From positions 26,598,001 to 26,662,000 of the forward strand of contig CM060733.1 in NCBI GenBank assembly GCA_030704615.1: 64,000 nucleotides of DNA. The letters are read 5' to 3'. The notes below the pieces were generated by a model. That model was not told where the DNA came from. It ran no database searches and saw only the letters and a list, made by a program, of their open reading frames with translations. Origin of the DNA: Takakia lepidozioides (lineage: Eukaryota; Plantae; Bryophyta). Shown in pieces: positions 22,973 through 38,879 of the stretch; the stretch's first letter is position 1; every line of letters begins with the position of its first letter. A program made the translations under genes and the position numbers.

Positions 22973-25900
22973 TCAAGTCACACCGGGAAGATGTGAGGCC
23001 GATTCATGGAGGCACGGTTGCTGTGCTAGATCCGAATGTTCCAAGTCAAAATACTGATCCAAAATTGAGAGTTGCTCCAATGCATCAAAATCGGCACGCA
23101 AGCCTATAAATGCACTACCCATCCTTTGACATCCATTTTGTGGCCAGCGACAACCATCACCAGAGCGTAAACTACAGCTGCTGTTGTAGTCAGCACCACA
23201 AGCCCTCCGTAACACATCCCCTGACTCCACATCTGGACCTATGCACACTGACACTGCCAGCTGGTGCTGCTGACGGGCGCCCTCCTTCAGGTCCTCATTT
23301 GTGGGACTACATGCTTGCCTGCTGTCTAAGCGGGCACCCTGTAAGTCCATGCTCTCTTCATCTGACATGTCGAGAAGCTGCGAAGCAATATTGGAGATGC
23401 GAATCTTGCAGCCCATGGCCTCAATGACCCGCTTTAGTGATGCTGTCTCTCTACGGGCTCGTACAGCTGTGGCCACGGCAGACGATCGTCCTTGTTGTTC
23501 TGTCTGCACCTGCTCGATCAGCACCTGCCTTTCTCTTAGGAGCTCCAGTGCCTTCTCTTCTGCTTTGTCCTTAGCCTAGCAAGAATCTCAACAAGCACAC
23601 CATAAATTACAAGAATAGCAAGAATAGAACAGTATACATCTGTTCTTTCTGCATGGATGTTGGAAACACATTATGACTGCCAGAATACATTGTGGGTTGA
23701 CAAGAATGGTAAGATCACCACATAATACCCTGGGTTTGTTTCTTCTCAAGAAAGCCCCAAGATAGTGGGTGCTTTCAAGGTAATGGTGTTTCTACCCACC
23801 ATTTCAGCCAGGTGCCTTAGTCCATGACATCCGTTCATGGGTCATTACTGTCAAGTATTGTCTTGTACTGTCAAGTATTTCAAGTATATTCGCATCATGC
23901 CAGAAAACATGAAGTTGATTGCAGGACTGCTACTTTGGCCACATACCTCCCTCTGATGTTACTGGAGAGGCTGTGATTGCATGCAAAGAACTCACAATGG
24001 TGCATTAAAGAGGTGGACCAGGCAGCCGCAAAGACAAAAAGAGGGCATGCAGCAAGAGTACAATGTGCATCTGTGGCTCACATTTTGTAGAGAGGAGGAC
24101 GACTGTGCCATAGTGCGAGCGTCTGATTCAAGGTCTCCACCATTAGACCACCCAACAGGCAGGTAGCCACCAGTGCTGGAAGGAGAAGGGCAGGACCAGC
24201 GGAGGTGAAAGTGGGGCCACAGGGTCGGTGCCAGTGATGCAGCTGGTGGTAGCAGTGCTCCTGTGAATTGGGTACTACTGTAGAACAAGTTCCGGTGCTC
24301 ATGCTCTTTGCCTCCCTGCTCACGCTGCTGCTCAAGATGTGTCCACACACACCCACTGGCCTCAGCCACTCCTGCCTGCAATCTCTCCTTTTCACTACAC
24401 GCACAAACCACATGAGCAGGTCAGTTACAGTTGCCTTGCCTACTTATTCCTCCCTAACTGCTTTGTCAATGCCATTGAAAGACACCCACCATAAGAGCAG
24501 GTTACCCACAAAATGTCCCACTTTCAGTAGAATAGCCATTCTTGTTTGCTTCTACTCAAAAGTTCAACTACTCTCTGCTTCCCATGCTATGCTTTCACTT
24601 CCCAGCAGCTGTCCTCCAAATGTGTCCATATCATCACCTAGGCCCCAGATTGATTAGGTCTTGCAATCCACATATCGATTGTGGGACTTTCTTCGAAGAC
24701 TGTCTCCCTTTACAGACTTGGATTTTGCCAATCCTTGTTTGACCAGTTTTTAATGAAGGTCTCAATCAAGGTGGCCATAATAGCAATGGCCCGTTGGTTC
24801 GGTAGTCTGCACAGTGCACAGTGTCTTTGGTACCTCTCTACTCAGTGCTACTCCTCTCACCATCATTCATTCCCTCACAACCTACCCCTACCTTTTTCGA
24901 ACTCCACAGCAGATGCTGGTTGTGTTGTCTCCATGACATACATGCCTCTCTTGTTCTCCCAAAACCACCTCACCTTCACCTAAACCCTTATTGACCAATA
25001 AGAATAAATGCTCACAATCTTTTGTGTACTTTCACTACAGTAGGTGACCTTGTAAGTGGTAAGACTAATGCTTATCACACTTTCAATCCCATGTATAGGG
25101 ACAAGCAGCTAATCACACAAGGGCTCCTTGTGTGAGATACTGAATTGTAGCTCGGGAATTGAGAATATCCATACATGCGAATATGACAATGCTCTCTCTA
25201 TTGCTGGTTTCAATACCAACCTGTCGTCTTGGCCTTGATTGGTGGATTCAATAAACAAGGTAGGTCAAAAGAGGTATATACCTATTGCAGAGGAAGTTCC
25301 CGAAGCGGCAAGAGAGCACACAATCTAGGAGCTCCACAAGATAAGCCTACAATCCATCCAGCCAAGCATGCCTGTTAACACAGTTACTATTGCACAACAT
25401 GCACACTAGTAATGCACAGGCTCTGGATAGAGGTCAGCTCAGAACTCCTACGCAAGGAGCTGCAAACACAATCCTCCAGACACAACCTTGTGGCACATAC
25501 AGTTCACCAAGTCACTGAGAGTACACTCATGCACCTTGTACAACATGCAACAGAAGAGTAAATTGAGAACGTACAGAAGAAAACTCAAAAGCACGAGGGT
25601 AGAGACGCAGCATCTGTGCCACACAATCAATCCACTGCCAAGGTGACAATATCCACCCTGTTAGACCTTGAACCCAGCCTCTCATTTTCACACACCTTTC
25701 TCTTTTATTTCACAATGTGCAATTAAAATTTCCATGCAGTCAAACAGGATTCCACACCTTTGATGACTCAAAAGAACCAACTGCAAATCAATTGTCAGTT
25801 TCATACATGCTTTGACTACAGACAAAGAAACCGAGTATCCTCAAGTTACACACAAAGAGGAGATAAGTGAAGAATCTGACCTGAATGAAGATGGGTGAGA

Positions 25901-28900
25901 AGTTACTAGACAGGGCACCAGGAGAGTGCGCACCAATGGATGATGTGAATGAGGAGCCAGGTGCCACACGCACCGGTGATGTGCTGCCAGTGCCTGACTG
26001 GCGCAGTGTCAAATCCGTTACAACCATACTCTGGGTTACGGTAAACGTAGGTGTCCCCAATCGGTCTGCAAATGGGTGCCCGTATGCCAGCCAATCCTTC
26101 TCTACCAGTGCCTGTCCCCGTCACCAGCACGAGACTCGTTTTTGACGTCCCTATTGAAAGGGTCTAGCTCCTACTTATTGGTTGGATCATGCCCACATCC
26201 ATAGACAATGCTTGAAATAGTACTGTATTCCCCAGTTAATTGCGGTACTACCCTCGCTTCAAAGGTATGTGAGGGGGAGGAAAAGAGTGTGTAACATGGA
26301 CATAGGGTGCTTGGGAATTAGGTACATCAGCAACTAAATCCTGTGCCAACTGCCATTTTCCCTAAAAACCAGAACCATGTGGTTCACTTATAGATTGCAT
26401 CTATGGGATTTGCTAGTGAAGAACAAACAATACTCATTGATCAACATGCAAAAAAGTACATTGGTTCCAACTACTTGCTTCTCGAAACGATACATGTCAA
26501 GGACGGGAGGAAAGTAGACACCAACTGCACGGAGTGGCTTCAGAACTTTCAGTATTTGAACATGTCTAAATTGAGAAAAATTGTGTGGACTGTTTCCTAT
26601 GCTCATTTGACGTGGACCAAAAAGAAAACCTCAAGATGTGCCTCAGGTCCAAGGAATGATGCAGAAACTCAGGAAAACAGTACCAGACAAATTAGAGGTA
26701 ACAACCATCATAAAATCAGAAAAGCGACTGAGGCATACCTGGAAACCCAGGAATGTGCGATAGTAGGGGTCAAGAAGAAGCCCTGACAAGGAAATCAGCT
26801 GCGTAGTTCTGTCCCAACCATCACTGCCTCCCCCAAGAAAATCACCCTCAGTGCACCAAGATACCAACATCATAATCAGCGGAAATTGTGGAGATTTGTG
26901 TGAAGGATATTCTGAGCTATCTGTTGTTCCATACTAGATCAGAACAAATAGGGACATGAAACTACAGGCTGGTGTACCTGCAGTGCACGAGGACAGAAGC
27001 ACCCTCAAGGGCAATTCGTGCAGCGATCCAGGCAGCACCAGCCAAGATGGTGTGGCAATGCATGAGCCAGCCACTTTCCCCCAGTGCTGAGACTGCTCCC
27101 GCCATGCTGGTCACGTTGCCTCCTCCCCATGCCCACCCTCCACTTCGCTGCCACCCCACTCATTCCCATCACTTTCGTTTCTATAATGCATCAACTGTGC
27201 AAGTTATATGCAGAAGGCAAAACGAGATGTGACAAGGTGACATACCAAGACAGAGGAGGAGCCATCAGAGGAGGCAGCACCGTGCAGGTCCAAATATTCC
27301 CGCAGCCGAGCCAGGCTTTCTCGCATGGCATGAATGTTGTCAATGCCCAAAAATACAACCTGATTGCCTCCATCCCAACTTCAATGGTGAGCAAATACAA
27401 CAGATCTGCGCACTGCTCTTCCATGTACAGGGACATAAGTGAAGGATATACCTCACACTGTAAGTAATTTGCAGATGACTCGGAGCCACCACCCATCGCA
27501 CCATTGGCCAGTGCATTCTTTCTCGGTCGGGCATCTGCAATGTACAGTTTCCTGCACACCACCAGGCATCCAATCTCGTAAACAGAAACCCTTTACCTCC
27601 CAAGACTTGATAAAGCAAATACAATAAAAAATTGGAATATAAACAACACATTCTCTACTTGTCTCATGGGACACAGTTCAACAGGTATATCATCCACGCC
27701 CATAAATTAAAGAATGGGACCCAGACCTGCGCTTAGAAGACGTAGTAGAACGTGGAGCACAAAGAGCAGCCACCAGTTTCTCATCTGCATTACTGCATCC
27801 CATCTCCCAGCCCAACATTCTTTATAAGCACTTCAAGAGTACACTACACCTACAGACTTTCTCTAAATTCAATAAATTCTGCATGTATGGCTAGAATACA
27901 GACAAGGTAGGATGACATTACCTGCGAGAGTTCATCATGATGCCAATCAATGGTTGTGATGACCGAGCAAGGACAGCCCCATTGCCTGCAACAAGATTTA
28001 GGGACGCTATAGGTTGAGAGCAAAGCAAGCAAAGTACAACGTCAACTTAATTCATAGTAATGTCTGGAAGCACTGCAGCAGCCACTGCAACTGAACAACT
28101 TGGAAAAAGCATATTGGTATGTTCCAACTCAACCATGATCTCTTTTAACACTCCATATGAAAGAAACTTACTGGGATGTTGCCAGGAAAGAACTGGAAGC
28201 CTTCCACGTGCACGAAAAATTGCAGCCTGTTGTACATCCTCATCACTGTAGAGTGCAATCATTTAGTGACATATATCCAGCACTTAGAGGCAGCCTTACA
28301 TATAACTGAGTAATATGATACGGCAGCCTACCCTTCGTCAAAATATAAGATTTATCCCACTAATCTACCACCTGCTGTAGTAATTCACCTGAAGGCGAAA
28401 GGAAGGTAAGGGCTTAAAAACAGACTTAGCACTTGACTCACCCTGCAGCTTGCTTAGCAGCATAATTGCTTCTAAAAAGAAGTTATAGCCCAATAGGGAA
28501 AGCTCAGTACCTTACAGAAAAGGGCATGACCAAAAGTGAAGGATATGTTGGGCAGACACTGTAGTTGGCATTTGCATCACAAAGCCGCCAGTCACTGCCA
28601 CCGTGGACACCATCGTTACTACCATTGCTGGAACCACTGGATATGAGGCGCATATACTCCAACCGTAAGCGTGCACAAGGGTCACCACCGGTGACTGAGC
28701 CACTTGAAAACGCATACAGATCCCAGAGTCGTGTTGGCCTCGTAAGTCTCATCAAAGCATCATGCACTGCCCTTCTCTGCACAAACAGTGTCATCAGAGC
28801 CAACATGCACATGAGTTAGAATCAAACTGGTTGAAACTTGTTTGCACTCCTCACCCCCCCCCCCCTCCCCCGTCACTGTCAATGGAACATTCCACCCTTC

Positions 28901-31900
28901 CAGATTGGCAGCTAGAAAGGTCCCGTACCCTTGTCTGTGCTGTCAAGAGCACTCTTTGCATCATCTTTTAAGGATTAAAAGGATGCCCATCTAATGCTCA
29001 GCCTAATCAAACCCTGTAAGTAACCTTCCACATGAGAAGCAGCTGGAGCTCCAACATGATGATGTGGGCCAAATCCGCAAACAACGTCCGCAATGGTGGC
29101 AACACGAGATATGAACATAATGCACTAAGCCTCTCAGAGGTCATGGCGGGCTTTCAGATTGTACATAAAAAAAATACTGCTATGTGTAGCTAACGAAACA
29201 TTAAGACAAACATCTATTCATTAAACAAAACATACTCAACATCAGATTTACAATCTCAGACTCAGTTGGTTTGCCTCTCTTCCACTGACTGCCTCCAGGG
29301 CCAAGGGTAGATGGTAACCTGCTTGGTGCGTGGTCGAAACCCAAACACAATAGTTCGCATATCCTTCCCTGCATCCGGAAGGTCCCCAAAACAGAATGTA
29401 AAGAGTACCCTGTGTGTGTGGGTGCTTGATCACTTTGACTCTAACTCAGCTTCGGAAAAGTCTGGCCTGCCCACAGCACATCCCCGTCTTGCTAGAAAAG
29501 GGTGTGCCCTGCTGGCTACATTTAATGATCAAGTTATTCCATTTGATACTATGCCTACAACTGCTAGAGCTTCTTTCCAGGAGATCACATTCTGGGATGC
29601 AAAACAGCATCTATGGGCAGATTGAAACCAAACCAGAACCTTCCTCGAGTCAGAGCCTGAACTAGGAATCAGGCAGTTGATACCATTGAATTGGCAATTG
29701 ACTATATACAAACCGCCTATATTGAGAATGCCCAAGTACATTTGCTTTAGAATGCAAATGAGTGACATTGCCTAGCGTCCGCTCTCTTTTGACTGAAAAA
29801 GAGTGTGGAGCTTGGAAGCAGGAGGAAAAGAGCCACATAGAGTATCAGTACACACAAACATGCACCATTCACAAGGAAAACCCTACCTTGAATGTTAATT
29901 TGAAGACCAGTATGTCACTAAAGTTTATGTCATGCTGACAAAGTGAAGGACACCCACCAACGACTTGCAGGAGGCGACGTGAAGGACCTTGATCACGCAT
30001 TCGGGAAACTGGCGGTGGCCTTACTGTGTGCTGCTTCCCACCCCAATGCGAACACCAAATATATGTGATTTTGTACACATCCAACCTCCTATACTTTTAA
30101 CCAAAAAAGCAATCAGAAACCAGGTATCACACTGATACATGGGACTTATCCGGGACACAACAGACACCATGCCATCTGTCAGATATTGTACTCACATCAT
30201 CAACAACCTTCTCACACAATGCAATGTGGGAGCAGTGGAGCTTAAAGCGAGAAAGGAAGTAACAGAATGTACTAGTCAATCATCAAGGCGAATGACAACA
30301 GCAGCACACCAGTTTAGAAAACTTTTCGATGGTAGCCAAGGCTATTGTCCCCAGGGGCACCAGCTGCTTTGGCCCCTCTCCCTGCACCATGTGCAATACA
30401 AAAAGATCAGAACCCTGGCCAATTGCAAACTGGCCTCCAAGGCAACACTGCTAGTACATTAGGTAGCATCGACTGTGTGACACACTCGACCCACATTTAA
30501 ACGTGATGAAAGATGAAAGAATTGAACAACGTAGGCCCACCTTCTTCACCAATGTGCATCATTTAACGTTCCAAGGGAAGCTACTCTCGAATTTGCAGCT
30601 TCCTGTCTTACAACTAAATTAACCAATGGTACACAGTGCATGACATGGAGCCTGAGCAGAAAGCTTGGACACACAGGGCAGCAATACGTATGACCCAGCC
30701 CTCACCCAGATTGCAATAATTGTGCAGTTTTCTCAAGTAGAATAGAATTGAGAAAAAGGGGAACGCAGAGAGCAAACCACAAAAATAAGGCGAAAATTGG
30801 TAACCAACAGTGTGCCAGCTGCATCCAGGTTCACCAGCACCACTGCTCGCCCCTGACATCCCCTTCCAGTCACCCTTCAGGAGTGCCCTCCTTGATATCT
30901 TCTCTAGATGGTCGCAATGAGCAATCACACAGGTCTTATAGCCCTAGTTGTACAGTCCAAGCATTCTGGAATTTCAGAGGCTCAACAGGGTAGCATCCAG
31001 TACACTACAACCCTATTGCTCTTTAGCGAAGAAGGCAGATGGAATGTACTAAACTAAGGAAGCAATTCAAGAACAAAACCATGCATCTCCAATGTCAACA
31101 CCCCATTATACATGGCCTTCACATCAGTCCACATGAACACATGAAACTGAGTATAGATGCTGACAAATAGGAACACTACCTCCAAGAACTGACTTCGTCT
31201 GCAGGTAATCTTGATCACTGTTTCCTGTGACTCTCTACCTTGGCTCCTAGGGGAATTTTGGTTATCTATCTCACAGTTTACCGACCCAAACGGGTCGGCA
31301 TGGTTCTATACCTGCTGCAAGGCTAATCATTCAACACAGTGAAGAGGCAAACCTCAGCGACAATATCCTCAGCAGGCAAAAGGAGTGCATCCATGCTATG
31401 CGCCAACATCCCTGTTGCTACCTGTCATCCAAACCTCCCTTTACTACTTTCCTATCCCCTTTTCTCCCTCCACCTCTCTCTCCCATGCACCAGCAGTGCA
31501 ACAATTCCTACAGCTTCCAGCTAGAGGCCCATAGCACCATGGCACAGACTCATCCTTCCAGTATGAAGTCACTCCAGCGCCTACATCCAACAAAACTCAA
31601 TCCCCTACAAGTTATGGCTATGACAAGTTTGGGTTGAGTTTCATGTACCCTGGTAGCCACACGGACTATGGCCACACAGCATGCCATAGCAATATCCAGA
31701 GGGAAGAGCCATTGGCTACATCTCTCTCTCCAGTTCTTTCTCTCTCCTGCCCTTTGCTAGCCACTATGAGCTGTACAATGGGTGTGCACCAGTGCCAAGG
31801 AAATTTCTAGTTGGTACGAGATCCCATCGTAGGGGGACTCTATACTGAAGCGGTGAACGTCTGAAAAGAACAGTTACAGTCTTCTCTCTATGTGCTGGCC

Positions 31901-32448
31901 ATTCTAAACTTTCCTCCTCTCTCTTAGGGCCCCCACTGGCCATTATAAAATCTCTTTCTCTTCCTCTCCCTCTCTATGCGTGAGAAGCAATCTCAATTTC
32001 AGCAATTTTCTTATTTTTCTGCAAAGTCTGGAGGTAATTGCATCCATCTATATTGGTGGCATACTCTGCAACGGGACTGGTATATGAATCAGTCTTGTAG
32101 AAGGTGGATGCTTACCACTTTCAATGCAACCTAGATGCTTAATTGCTGAAGGAGCCATGAAACCCTAAGTACCTGATGAACAAAAGTGTCATGGACACCC
32201 CGTCCATTGCCTGGTTGGAGCTTTGGAGTAGCCTCTAGCAGTGGGGTGGAACAAGGACTACATAATCTGGACAGGGTGCCCTGACCAAAGGTATATCTCT
32301 CAGGGCCATGTTTGTTGCAACAAAAGAGAAACAAATTAATGCAGCAGAGTGGAGACATAATGAGGTTCCGTGCCTTGTGAGTGGTGTGACCACCAACCTC
32401 AACAGATGTCCAATCCAGGCCATCCAGCCAGCTTTCGCCTGCATCCAT
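22973..32448 (-). CDS. MTM1: Myotubularin (PI3P/PI(3,5)P2 3-phosphatase), multi-exon
   Basis: Exons encode [36 protein letters not shown]...[44 protein letters not shown], catalytic VLVHC|[26 protein letters not shown] and FSPIFIQ, then a coiled-coil last exon with a stop at 22973. The start could be the in-frame ATG at 32466 or 32490. Confidence 0.92.
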
Positions 32449-33943
32449 GGTTTTCCACCCTACCATTCCCCTTAACCCCACCCCCTGCATCCCACATCGC
32501 CCACCAGCCTAAGTATGCAAATGCACATCACCTACTGTTTCAAAAATCGGAAACCCTACGTCTGAAACACAGACATGAAACATCGATGCAAGGCAGACTC
32601 TGCCCTTGTTCGCTGCCAAACTTTCAAGATAATATACACTACAAGCCCCAGAGTCTTGAAGACCATCCGTTCTCAATACCACTCACTGCCTGATGTCTTC
32701 CACTGGAAGTACAATTTATATCATGGAGGTAATAGACAGAATCCTAACAGGACGAACACCTTGTGAATACGGCTTCTTTCCTTACTTCTCTGTCCCCAAC
32801 GTCAATCTATCTAGAGATTCACGCCCACTGCATCCTCTAAAGTCCCCTCAACTCTACCTTGGTCAAAGAGGCGGATAATCCCAATCTACGACCTAATTAG
32901 TATTAACAATGCCCATTCTGGCAGAAAATTACATAATTCGCGTGCAGGTCAAGGTCACGGTTCCACAATACCCACAAAGAGAATTCAATTTGATCGAGAA
33001 ACAGGAGTTTGCAGCGCCCAGAAGCAGATCATCATACATCATCCAGACCGGGTTCGAAGAGCACTGTACCACATCTTGAAAATCAAACCGAGCCTGAGCA
33101 GCAGGCTACAGGCAATATGGAAGTTCCACCGCACTCCACGCATGCATGCGCCACACGCTGGACACCTCTACACCAAATTACGATCCGAGAAAGTGGGTCC
33201 CAACTTTGCTGCCTTGCTGATCGATCTCTTAGACCCAACACGCTCATACGAAACAGAATTCCAATTGGCGACTGATTGGGATTGCAGCAGACACCTCCAG
33301 CCCTGAAGCTTCCCAAATATAGCCCAGCAGAGCAGTACTGGGTTCAAACCCACATCAGACTTTTCTATCTTTCTTTCTTTCTCTGTCTCATAACTCATAA
33401 CTCATAACCCACTTCTTGCAAAAGCTAGGCCTTTCCTTTCATTCTAATCTCTGTACACACTACACACATCTACTCTGAGCGCTGAGCCATGTTGCAGTAG
33501 CTCGCAGAATCATACTGCAGTAACTGGAAACACCAACAAGAACGAACACTGGAGTAATGGGTGATTAAGCTTATGCTTCTTCGAGAAGGCATCAAAGCCT
33601 ACCTTGTCGATCTTGCTGTTGCAACCCAAGTCCTCCTTCTGCCACAGTGCATGTGCATAGCCGGATCATACCTACCTGACTTATGATCTTTCTTTCCCAG
33701 GGCGCTTTTGCATAAGTAGGTTATCTATACATCGATACCCTGCCAGGGTTTATCCGCAAACTTTCCTTCCATTCCATCCACGGGGATAACTTAGTTGTTC
33801 ATCCTCTTGGGGACTTTGTAAGCTGCTGTTATCATCCGGAACAAGTTTATCACTGCTGCCCACTGTGTGGAGGAGAGAGAGAAGCTTGGTATACACTACA
33901 CACACGCTAGAGAGGGGAAAAGGAGGTAGTGCGTGCGGTGAGC

Positions 33944-36651
33944 ATGGCAACCATGATGCAGCCGCTGCAATCTCTCGGAATGGAGGGCTTCTCATCTAGT
34001 TCCCTCATGGGCATTGGCCTCGGTCAGCCCCGCTCCACACCCACGGTGATAATTTCTCCCTGGCTCTTTGCTTTACTTTCTAAGACAGGGGAAAGAATAA
34101 GAATGTACCTTGAAATTGAGTTGTGTAAAGTGGGTTCGGTTGCCCACGTACTGCTGCAGGCTTCCCAGGTTTTGGGTCCTCTTTATACAGCTGGAGTGCG
34201 AGAAGGGTACTATAGGAGAGAGTGTTTGGGCAAGCCTTTCTTTCTATAGCTAGCAAAGGCAATCAGTCTTGCCTGCCTCACCTCATTTGGGTTGCATTGC
34301 TTTTACGGGCTTGCCTAGCCCCATCCTTATTCACATCCATGAGTGGTGTTTTTTGAAGATGCGAATGGAGGACGACCTCCAACCATTTAGAATAGCAGCC
34401 TAAGATTTCCCTATGAATTTGATCCAATTCTGGCTACTCCTCAAGCTTCAAATGTCGAACGTTTGGATTGGGTCTTCTAGCTACTTTACGCAGGAACATT
34501 GTTTCAGCTAGCTCTCGGGAGTGAAATCGATTCCTGGACGAGTGAGTTCCATATACATCTGCATTTCGAGTGAACTGTGTTCGCATAGAGTATCAAGTTG
34601 CCCTATCTGTTTTGGCACCTTCCTGCATCATGCCGAAACGAACTCCCTACTTTTTTGAGAGAGCAGCGGATGTCTACAAGAAATGTCAGTAGGAAAGAGG
34701 AGATTGCTAAAACTCGACGGGATATGGACGTTGGGGTGGGGTGCAGGCATCTTCCATTGTGGGTGCTTGCACAATTAGAGCAGAGGTATGACTCTCCCTC
34801 TGTCCCTTCATGTAATTTACAGCCGTTGCGAGGTTGGGCTTGCAATCTGCTGGTCACTCCGGCAAACAGGTCCTTGTACAGAGTTTATAATGAATCACTT
34901 GGCAGTATGACACTTTATTGAACAGTACATACTTTGAGGGTGACTGAATTTTTGTATGACAACAACCCATTAGACATTTATGGAGGAGTTGGCTCAGAGC
35001 TCTTCCATGAAAATCCCTTGTATCTTGAGGATTTGAAGATGGTTTGATGGAACAGACAAAGCGCTGGGAGAGGAAAGAGGTAAAGCCCAATAGTTTACCG
35101 GTGACACACAAGCTGCATGTGAAGATTGGGGACGATGTGAAGGTCATAGCAGGCTCGGACAAGGGCAAGATTAGCACTATCACACGGATCTTTACCCACA
35201 ACAGCAAGGTGGTGCTTAAAGATGTGAACCTCAAGACAAAACATGTGAAGGGCAAGGCTGAGGGTGAGACTGGCCAGATCATTCAGGTTGGTGCAGGTGG
35301 CTCAAATTATCTCTCTCTCTCTCTCCCTCTACTGGAGTGACTGCCTCGCAAAGGTAGTGTCTGTTCCCTCTTGTTCCGCCCAAACTGGGTGTCTATGGCA
35401 TTAAGGCTACGACCAACGTCTTATTCTCTCTAACACACGTAGAGGAAAGAGGGATTGCAATTGCCCATCCTGAAGACAATGTTCATTTTCTGATTCATTG
35501 TCCTGGGTACTCTCACAAGAGAGATGCCCTCTTCAAATCCATCAAGGGGATTGTGCCTGAACCTCTGTTTACCAACTTTGAAAGTCTCGTTGCTGAGCCA
35601 AAAGCCCAGGCCCTTTTGGGGCCTAGTTATTGGGCAAACCACACAGCAGATTGATGCTTGTGTGGAGGGATTCTAGAGGATATCTGGAAAGCTCGGATTA
35701 GTTGTCTGTCCCAAGGTAAGTCATACTACCGGTGTCAGCCCCTGACAAAGGTAGTTTCTGTCCCTTTGTGTTCACTCAAACTGAACGTGGGGTCAATGGC
35801 CACAAGGCTACGGCAAACAACGTCTCATGAGTACATTTTCTCGTACACAGAAATCTTCTAGAAAGTGCTGGATTTTAGGCCATTACCAGTAAGACCAGAA
35901 AGCAAGTGCAGCAAAAAACCAAAGAAGCTGAAGCCTTGCACCAGATAATTGGGCTGCTTCTCCCAAAGTCAGATTCATGGACCATCTAAGAGCTAGGCTG
36001 AAGTTCAAACTGGAGTAAGCTGCCATCCTTTTTAGAGTAGGCTAACCTTCCTGGGGAGAAGGAAATCTTCTGGCTGGATGGAGACTAAAGCACGGTAACA
36101 GGGTTCCTTGAGCCTCTCAAATGGGACAAAAAGAGTTGCAGTGACAGTCTATGATTCTTTCCAAGAGAATGCCTCATTCCAGAGAATATCCTTACAATGC
36201 AAGAGAAGAGCATGTTTGTCTTAAATCAGGGGTAAAGACATTTTAGAATCAGTTTAATGACTCCCGATAGGCAGCCTTCTGCTATGGTTGGGATTCTGTG
36301 GCCTCATGTGCAAGGTTCTTATTACATATTGATGCAGGAAAATGTAAGGATGTGAAGGGTCGGTATGAGTAGGAGGTATTATTTGAGTGAAAATAACTAC
36401 TGTAGTTAGCAGGCTGTTTGCAAAGTGTTTTCTTGAGTGTGAACACTCCATGGGTGTGGCAGATGGAGGCTCCCATCCACAGCTCCAATGTGATGCTTTA
36501 CTCGAAAACTGCCAAGGTGGCTAGCAGGGTTGGGCACAAGATACTTGAGGATGGAAGCAGGGTGCGTTATTTATTAAAAACAGGGGAGGTGATAGACAGC
36601 CCAGAGCAGTGGAAGAAGGTGCACAAGAAGGATAAGAAAGCAGATAAATAG
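33944..36651 (+). CDS. RPL24: Plastid 50S ribosomal protein L24 (nuclear-encoded, with transit peptide)
   Basis: Transit-peptide exon from 33944, micro-exon 34747-34785, [14 protein letters not shown]...[18 protein letters not shown] (KOW) and [14 protein letters not shown]...stop at 36651. Confidence 0.93.
35330..35836 (+). mobile_element. Two LINE family A 3' fragments after a (CT)n tract in an RPL24 intron
   Basis: Termini ...GGCATTAAGGCTACGACC and GGGGTCAATGGCCACAAGGCTACGGCAAACAACGTCTCATGAGTAC. Confidence 0.85.
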
Positions 36652-37550
36652 TCACACAACCTTGGTCAGAGTGTAATTTAGTTGCATGCTACATTTGTTG
36701 ATTCTCTCAAGTGTAGTTCCCACACAGCGTCAGAGTGGAGTCAATTTTGAGAACTTCGCCTCGCCAGTGCGTAGTGTAGTTCAGGACATTTATCTGTACT
36801 GTCATTGGAATGTTATCGAGTTTGAGGCTACCCGGTACTACCATAAAGGTTCTGTTTTGTTCGAGTATCAGTGAACTTGGAACTTCATTCAGCCTTAGGT
36901 GTTGCTTCTCGCACATCCATGTAGTTGACTGTCTAGCAGGCCCTAAGGCTCCTGGGAGCCAGTGGGCGTTGTCTTCCCAACAGTACCCTGTATGACCAAC
37001 ATGTTACCTGCAGATTTCTTAAAAATACAAACATACGTTCGTCAAGAGGTCCAGTGACTTGATTGGATTCGTAATCACTGCTGCGTGAAGTAACTTAGGA
37101 TCAAGCTTGCAATGTGAAGTAATGTCATCAACTAACGGCAAGCTCTGGCCACAATTTTAATAGGTGAAAACTAGTCGGAGCCATTAAAGTTCTCCCATTG
37201 ATCTCCACGGGTAATTTCAGAATCGCCAGCACCCTCAAACATTTGTAAGCCTTGTAAGAATTATGCCCTGGCCAACAGCGTACAGATGCTCCAATGGATG
37301 TGCAACGAAATTGCAGTGCGGAGAGGTTTGAGAGGAATTCTCGAATCCAATTGCTTCAGAGGTGATGATTGTCACTGTTGAGAGGATGCACAGTTCCCTC
37401 CACTAACCATTTTCCCACTAAAGTGAAGCTCCACATACAACAGTCACCACGCCTAGCTACTTGGGGAGGATGACCAATCTCCGTTAGATGAGGAGGACGT
37501 GGACGTTCTAGAAAACGCCACGTACACCCCCACCGTGGTGTGAAATCCAT

Positions 37551-37572
37551 AACCCTAAACCTAAGTTATAAG
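37551..37572 (+). promoter_or_regulatory. Telo-box (AACCCTAA) and TATA-like element of RPS13
   Basis: AACCCTAAACCTAA then TTATAAG, about 100-120 bp upstream of the ATG. Telo-boxes are typical of plant ribosomal-protein promoters. Confidence 0.6.
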
Positions 37573-37671
37573 GTCTCTCTGTTTCCTGCCGCATCTCTCT
37601 TTGCGCTGCGGGCTTCGACTCATTGCGCCCTCTCCTCTTGGCGTCTGCCGAGCTTCTGCAATCCGGCCATC

Positions 37672-38879
<1,208 letters not shown>

